Notes under the pieces: model-generated | The model's input: the letters and a program-made list of their open reading frames with translations, nothing else | The model's database searches: none | What the model was told of the DNA's origin: nothing | Made by a program: the position numbers and the translations under genes | Origin: Octopus sinensis | Taxonomy: Eukaryota | DNA length: 64,000 bases | Assembly (NCBI RefSeq): GCF_006345805.1 | Contig: NC_043000.1 | Location: forward strand, 71,982,001-72,046,000 | Direction: 5' to 3' | Shown here: positions 57,625-64,000 of the stretch, piece by piece | Layout: every line of letters begins with the position of its first letter | Numbering within the stretch: the stretch's first letter is position 1

Positions 57625-57941
57625 GAAAAAACAAGTCAAGATAGAAAATGCTAAAATAATTTTATAAAGAACATTTCAGTACCGGTTTCGGTCATTTTGA
57701 GACCACAACGACCTCGAACCCACAAGTGTAAACAAGAGAGACAGAGAAAGGCAGAAACAAGGAAAATGCCACTTATATTTGAACACTATACAAATATTCC
57801 TTTAATAAAACTTTTCTTTTAATTTTTCTAAATTTAATTATTTAATCGTTACAGTTGAAAAGGTCTCAAAATGACCGAAACCGGTACTGAAATGTTCTTT
57901 ATAAAATTATTTTAGCATTTTCTATCTTGACTTGTTTTTTC
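57625..57941 (+). mobile_element. PLE-like terminal fragment with 80-bp inverted copy between (TA)n tracts
   Basis: 57625-57704 is the reverse complement of 57862-57941. Confidence 0.7.
57852..57889 (+). ncRNA. Minimal type-I hammerhead motif with U3:A8 core swap
   Basis: CAG-TTGAAAA-GGTC-TCAAAAT-GACC-GAA-ACCGGT-A-CTG, with palindromic stem III ACCGGT. Confidence 0.6.
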
Positions 57942-57975
57942 ATATATATCAACTCGTGTGTTCTTTTTCACCCTT

Positions 57976-58089
<114 letters not shown>

Positions 58090-58849
58090 ATGTATGTATG
58101 TATGTATGTATGTATGTATATATGTATGTATGTATGTATGTATATATGTATGTATGTATGTATACTACATATGTGGGAAATTCTGTCTGTGGGTGTAGTT
58201 TTTAGCTAACTCCTCCTACATCGTTTTATCGATTTTGATTAAACTTGATGCGTGAGTAGAACTCATATCTGGAAACTTCATGGCATACTCAAATTGTAGA
58301 AAATCGATAATAGGGCCCTTGGAAGGGATCCTTATATATAGCCAAGGGAAATAACCCATTCGTTTCGCTAAATTATTTGGTAAAAATGAAATTGAGTATG
58401 CTTATTTCTTAGTATTTGAACTGTTTGAGTTATTTTTGCAATTTATCCAGTACAACCCTTAAACAAGTAAATGATATTTTTTAAAACAATAGATCCACTT
58501 ATTTCGGTTAGTGACTTATTCACGAATATACCAACACTAGCGCCCCTAAGGGTAATATTCTCTGGTAACGCACTAATGCCCTTTTCAGAATTATTTACTT
58601 TGAATTGTTATCTCATATTTTCTAATGTTATTATGTAACATACTTCACGATTTTAGTATACATACCTTATCAGTATTTTCTCCTATGTTCAATATACTCT
58701 AGGAACGCATTAAAGCCCTTTTCGGGCTACTTTATTTGAATTCTTACTATAGGGTAACTAATTTCATGTTATTACATAATTGCGCTTCCCACAGCGCATG
58801 CGTTTCGTTGTCAGTGTTGTTCGTACCACTGATTGAAGTCATCATGCAG

Positions 58850-60715
58850 GTTTGAATGCTGATGAAATAGTGATTAAAAAAAAGAAGCTCAACTGTAAGA
58901 TAAGACTTTTGTTTTTTGGGTCCAGTGGGGGGTTTGTTCTTTGCTGTAATTATTTTTCTACAAACAGGAAGTCCTCACTGGATTCTGGACTCTGGTCTGT
59001 CTGCAGTGGAGGGAATAGTTTTTCTCACTTAATTGTGAGAATTGTCGTTTGAGGGCGTATACCGCTTCCAAAATTTGTTCACTTAAAGTGAATAGTGTTT
59101 TTCTCACATAATTGTGAGAATTGTTGGGACGTATATCGCTTCACAAAATTTGTTCACTTTTAGTGAATTGTTTTTTCTTTTAAAAAATTGTGAGCATTTA
59201 GAAGATACAACTTCTTTTACCAATTTTTGTGAAAGCTGTATTGTGGCATTCCGGGTTCAAGTTGGAGTACCAAATAGGCCTGGAGTACCGAGTGGCCAGA
59301 AGATTTTTTGCTGTGTTTTTTGAATTGTTGTTTTCTTTTCTTCTATCTTTTATTTGTGACTTTCTTTTTATTGAACTGTTTTCTTCATTTCTTCCTTTTT
59401 ATTGAAACTTTCTTTTGATTTCTTTCTTTTCTTCCTTCTTACAATTTTCATCGTGAACTGTTTTTAGACTTTTTATTTAAAAAAAACATGGCAAAGAACA
59501 AGAACAATGTTTTGGAGTTGTCCCACTAAAACAGCGGTTGAAAGACTTTGAAGAGAGGACGGTGGTGTTGTGGACTTACTCCAAGTCGCTCGACAGCATC
59601 GCCCTATTTGAAAAGACTGCTATTGTAAAAGAGTTGGCAGAGTATCTGCCAACTATTAAATTCATCTCCAGGGAGGGGGTCAAGCATGCAACGGTGTGGT
59701 CGCTATTTGTCACCCCCGAGGGGGCTCGCAATTTGCGAGTTAGCCCTTGGAGGGCAAAGACATTTTGTTCCTTCACACTTATTGTGGGAGGAAGTTGATG
59801 ATAGCTTGGGTCTGTGGTTTGCCACCCGGAATAGAACCCGAGTGGATAGAGGATACTATCCGCCTGGGTGGCAGCGGAGCCAAGCTTTTCAATGTAAACA
59901 TTTTACCTGTGCCTGGAACAGGGCCATATTAAGAAAACCTGTCCTCAGGACCAAAGTAGGGTCCTGGAGCAGTTAATAGCAGTAGCGCCCCCTTCTTCTT
60001 TGGAGGGAGAGATGGAGGCAGTGGAGGAGGTGGAGACCTCCTCGAAAAAAGGGTGAAAAAGGAAGAAGGTGAGCAACAATGGTTGCCCACCGAAGGATCC
60101 CATGGTTGCGGGAGGGAGGGAAGATCCTTCGATATAGCGGAGGAACTACACGCACCCGTAGCACAAGGGAAGAAAAAGTAGAAGACGAAGAATGGGACAT
60201 TGCCGGTGGTTAGTTGTACACTGCTGGCATGTCCTGAAACCTCCTCTGTGGGAATTGTGCAACCGACGGAGAAAATTGTGGAACCTCTCATTGTGATGAA
60301 GGATGATTTTGTGATCTTCTTTCATAAGGGAGGGGCGGTACAGAGCTTTGTGAAGAAGCTGGAGTGCCGGGGGAGGGGGTCTTGTCCTGGACTGAAGACC
60401 CGGATTGGCCTCTGCAGGTAACTGCGGAGGTCATAATGGAAGATATGTTCAGGGTGATGGACTCCTTTCCCAAGGACCAATATAATTTTACTTTTTGGAG
60501 CCCCGACTTAGTACTGCAGGATTTCCTGCGGAAGGCATATAGCCTGGTCGGGGAGGAAAGGTAAGAGGCCTTAGTGCTTCAATTTGAATTTGAATTTGTA
60601 TTTTTTGTTAAGAGGCTCAGCCTCAATTTGTAGAACCAATTGCGTCCATTCTTTGAACTGTGGTAAGAGGTTCAATACATCACTATGTTTTGTTCAAAAA
60701 AAAAAAAAAAAAAGA
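58850..60715 (+). mobile_element. Probable L1/Tx1-type 5' UTR plus decayed ORF1
   Basis: T-rich leader, ATG at about 59488, broken reading frames (KDFEERTVVL.TYS.SLDSIALFEK...), GC-richer body and an A-run at about 60696-60713. The family assignment is from recall only. Confidence 0.45.
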
Positions 60716-60859
60716 GAACAATATTTTAGAGAAGCAGCAATCGGTGGGTGTTGTCTGCCTCCCCACCCAACAACCATTTGTTTTCATTCCATTATCATTG
60801 TGTCTTTGTCCAGCCTGCAGCTACATCTTTGTAAGGCTGCATAGCCAATTTTATGAAAT

Positions 60860-61000
60860 AAAGAAGCTTGCTTCCCAACCACATGGTTCTGGGTTCAGTC
60901 CCACTGCGTGGTACCTAGGACAAATGTCTTCTACTATAACCTCGGGCTGACCAAGGCCTTGTAAGAGGATTTGGTAGACGGAAACTGAAAGAAGCCCGTC

Positions 61001-61072
<72 letters not shown>

Positions 61073-61303
61073 GCATGTATGTGTATATGTATGTATGTAT
61101 GTATTTGTGTCTGCATTTGTCAACCCGCCATCGCTTGACAATCGATGTTAGTGTCTTTACGTCCCGCAACTTAGCGGTTCGGCAATAGAGCTCCGATAGA
61201 ATAAGTACTAAGCTTACAAAGAATAAGTCCTGGGGTCGATTTGTTCGACTAAAGGCGGTGCTTCAGTATGGCCGCAGTCAGTTGACTGGAACAAGTAAAA
61301 GAA
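60860..61303 (+). mobile_element. SINE family B (5'-truncated, expanded internal (TA)n)
   Basis: Homologous to 40745-41115. Confidence 0.85.
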
Positions 61304-61621
61304 AATATATATATTACGGAGATGTACTCGCATAGCAAGTAATTTGATCTGAGATCGTGTGCTGAAACGAAAACAATTGCAGCGTGGAAGGTGTTTATAA
61401 GCCATATATATATATGTATATATATATACTAAGTAATTAAGGGTTTAGCAACGAATTGCCTCACCAACACACCGAATTTAGAAATAGCAGTCAAAGAGAT
61501 ATAGCTATTCCTTCTACTAAAAAGGGGGATCTCAGTAAAAACACAGCACTTGAAAGGCAAACACAGACAGGTAAGAAAGAAAGAATGAAATGACGGCAAT
61601 CCATCATGCAATTTTACGTTA

Positions 61622-61713
61622 CCTACGGACGTACGTTTCGAGATCAAGTTTTAGGATAGCGTAAGAATTAGAAAATTCTACTTTACCCGTACTTCTTCTC
61701 TCATCGGCGCAGG
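61622..61713 (-). ncRNA. Type-I hammerhead (CCGAUGA variant)
   Basis: Reverse complement of 62398-62489. Confidence 0.75.
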
Positions 61714-62397
61714 ATACTACAATTATGAATAATGTATATTAAATTTTGAGATACTAGAATGCATCATCTCAACTCAGAGCGAGCTAAAGCATGACCAGTA
61801 CCACGAAATTCAAAGTTTGAATGAAAGTTTGTGTCACCAGCCCCCTTCCACCCGCGTGTAGCCAAGATAAAATGCTGTGGTCATTTACTGGGATAAAATA
61901 TGGTTATCAGTAATAATAAAAGGTGAAACTAATTAATTAGGGATAATTATCAATTACACCAAGTAGATTTCAGCATGTAAAAGCCCCATTCGAGGAAAAT
62001 TTAAGTAATACTAAGTAATTAAGGGTTTAGCAACGAATTGCCTCACCAACACACCGAATTTAGAAATAGCAGTCAAAGAGATATAGCTATTCCTTCTAGT
62101 ATTACTTAAATTTTCCTCGAATGGGGCTTTTACATGCTGAAATCTACTTGGTGTAATTGATAATTATCCCTAATTAATTAGTTTCACCTTTTATTATTAC
62201 TGATAACCATATTTTATCCCAGTAAATGACCACAGCATTTTATCTTGGCTACACGCGGGTGGAAAGGGGCTGGTGACACAAACTTTCATTCAAACTTTGA
62301 ATTTCGTGGTACTGGTCATGCTTTAGCTCGCTCTGAGTTGAGATGATGCATTCTAGTATCTCAAAATTTAATATACAATTATTCATAATTGTAGTAT

Positions 62398-62489
62398 CCT
62401 GCGCCGATGAGAGAAGAAGTACGGGTAAAGTAGAATTTTCTAATTCTTACGCTATCCTAAAACTTGATCTCGAAACGTACGTCCGTAGG
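62398..62489 (+). ncRNA. Type-I hammerhead (CCGAUGA variant), long stem II
   Basis: CCTGCG-CCGATGA-GAGA...TCTC-GAA-AC-GTAC-GT-C-CGTAGG. Confidence 0.78.
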
Positions 62490-62784
62490 TAACGTAAAAT
62501 TGCATGATGGATTGCCGTCATTTCATTCTTTCTTTCTTACCTGTCTGTGTTTGCCTTTCAAGTGCTGTGTTTTTACTGAGATCCCCCTTTTTAGTAGAAG
62601 GAATAGCTATATCTCTTTGACTGCTATTTCTAAATTCGGTGTGTTGGTGAGGCAATTCGTTGCTAAACCCTTAATTACTTAGTATTACTTAAATTTTCCT
62701 CGAATGGGGCTTTTACATGCTGAAATCTACTTGGTGTAATTGATAATTATCCCTAATTATTAGTTTCACCTTTTATTATTACTG

Positions 62785-62849
<65 letters not shown>

Positions 62850-62888
62850 TATATATATATCTATATATATATATATAATATATATATA

Positions 62889-62956
<68 letters not shown>

Positions 62957-62957
<1 letters not shown>

Positions 62958-63334
62958 ACACTTAGTTGGCAAATATATGATACGGTTACGTACTGCTACT
63001 GTTTATATCTCGCTCAGAGATTTAATATAACATTGGCTCTCTTTCACGGGATCACCGATAGTGAGTCGTTAGAAAAATATATAGTTATTTGCGAGTGAAA
63101 TGAGCTCGCATCACTAGCTAGTGATTCAGACACTCTGAGGGCGGGTAACCACTCAGAAACTCGAGTCCGTGTGTATTACGTAAGACTTGAGATAGGAGCG
63201 ATGATCTCGTCTCGCAAATTTCTAATCGGACACAGGATGCGTGTCGTTAGCCAGCTGAAGAGATGTCCTCCTGGGGCTATAAACAACAGAAGCACTGTGC
63301 TATATAGGACGCCACACTTAGTTGGCAAATATAT
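62957..63334 (+). mobile_element. 356-bp non-coding unit with 22-bp terminal redundancy between (TA)n tracts, carrying a decayed HHR-like motif
   Basis: CACACTTAGTTGGCAAATATAT at 62957 and 63313. ACACTCTGAGGGCGG-GTAA-CCACTCA-GAA-ACTCGAGT-C-CGTGT at about 63130-63172. Confidence 0.5.
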
Positions 63335-63344
63335 ATATATAGAT

Positions 63345-63475
63345 GCATGCGTGGGTGAGTGGTTCCGAGTTCAGTCCTACTGCGTGGCATCTTGGGCAAG
63401 TGTCTTCTACAATAGCCACGACAGACCAGTGCCTTGTGGAGTTTGTAGAAGGAAACTGAAAGAAGCCTGTTGTAT
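63345..63475 (+). mobile_element. SINE family B fragment (decayed)
   Basis: GGTTCCGAGTTCAGTCCTACTGCGTGGCATCTTGGGCAAGTGTCTTCTAC. Confidence 0.7.
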
Positions 63476-64000
63476 ATAACACACACACATATATATCTAC
63501 ACTCATATATATATATGTAGACACGTGTCGTGTATGTGTGTATATGTCTGTATCAGTATATTTATATGTACATGTAGCTATATGGTATATATACACATAA
63601 ATATAATATTATTATCGAGGCAACACAGGCGCAGTCTAAAAGAACATGATTGAAATACGCATCCAAAACTTATATAAATACATATATTCTCTATAAAATG
63701 GAAATAAAATTGCAAAATACACAAATATATATAAATAGACAATATCAATGCAATGCATAAAATACGTAATTACGTAATACATAACTTTTAGCTTGATTTT
63801 CTGGCTCTCGTTGGTTTTAATATGTTTTTAATACTTAATCATTTCAAGTTAAATTTTTAATTTCATCATACGATGTACGATTTTAAATGTAATTACAAAT
63901 GATATTTTCTTAAATTCAACCGTTTTCATTAAAATTCAATCGCATTTTATGCATTGCGTTGATATTGTCTATTTATATATATTTGTGTACTTTGGAATTT

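Larger units (their letters stand above)
61429..62784. mobile_element. HHR-containing 582-bp tandem element, locus 2 (two longer-than-unit arrays in inverted orientation)
   Basis: CTAAGTAATTAAGGG at 61429 and 62011 (period 582). The inverted array runs about 62097-62784. (TA)n lies on both sides. Confidence 0.88.

Noticed and set aside
58160-58800. Possible Helitron/Helentron-like element (also 41130-41236)
   Set aside because: Only a vague resemblance of the 5' region. Termini could not be defined.

Overview
AT-rich, microsatellite-saturated eukaryotic DNA with no recognisable intact host gene. The SINE families resemble those I recall from Octopus genomes; this organism call is an inference. 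Nearly all listed ORFs are microsatellite artefacts or decayed transposon fragments. The transposons include R4/Dong-type and other restriction-like-endonuclease (RLE) LINEs sitting in (TAA)n tracts, L1/Tx1, RTE and CR1/L2-like LINEs, Penelope-like elements (PLEs), Tc1/mariner, piggyBac, hAT, non-autonomous Helitrons, MITEs and at least four SINE families. The main hidden signal is a large set of type-I hammerhead ribozyme (HHR) motifs in short non-coding inserts bounded by (TA)n tracts, usually with an inverted partial copy. The best case is a 582-bp ORF-less unit with one HHR per monomer. It occurs at two loci (14451-15387 and 61429-62784) as longer-than-unit, head-to-tail copies with the same junction to (TA)n and a compensatory base-pair change in stem II, which makes it a retrozyme-like, possibly circular-RNA, retroelement. 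Across the window the HHR cores show three Watson-Crick versions of the 3:8 pair (C3:G8, U3:A8, G3:C8). All structures were read by eye and boundaries are approximate to a few bases.
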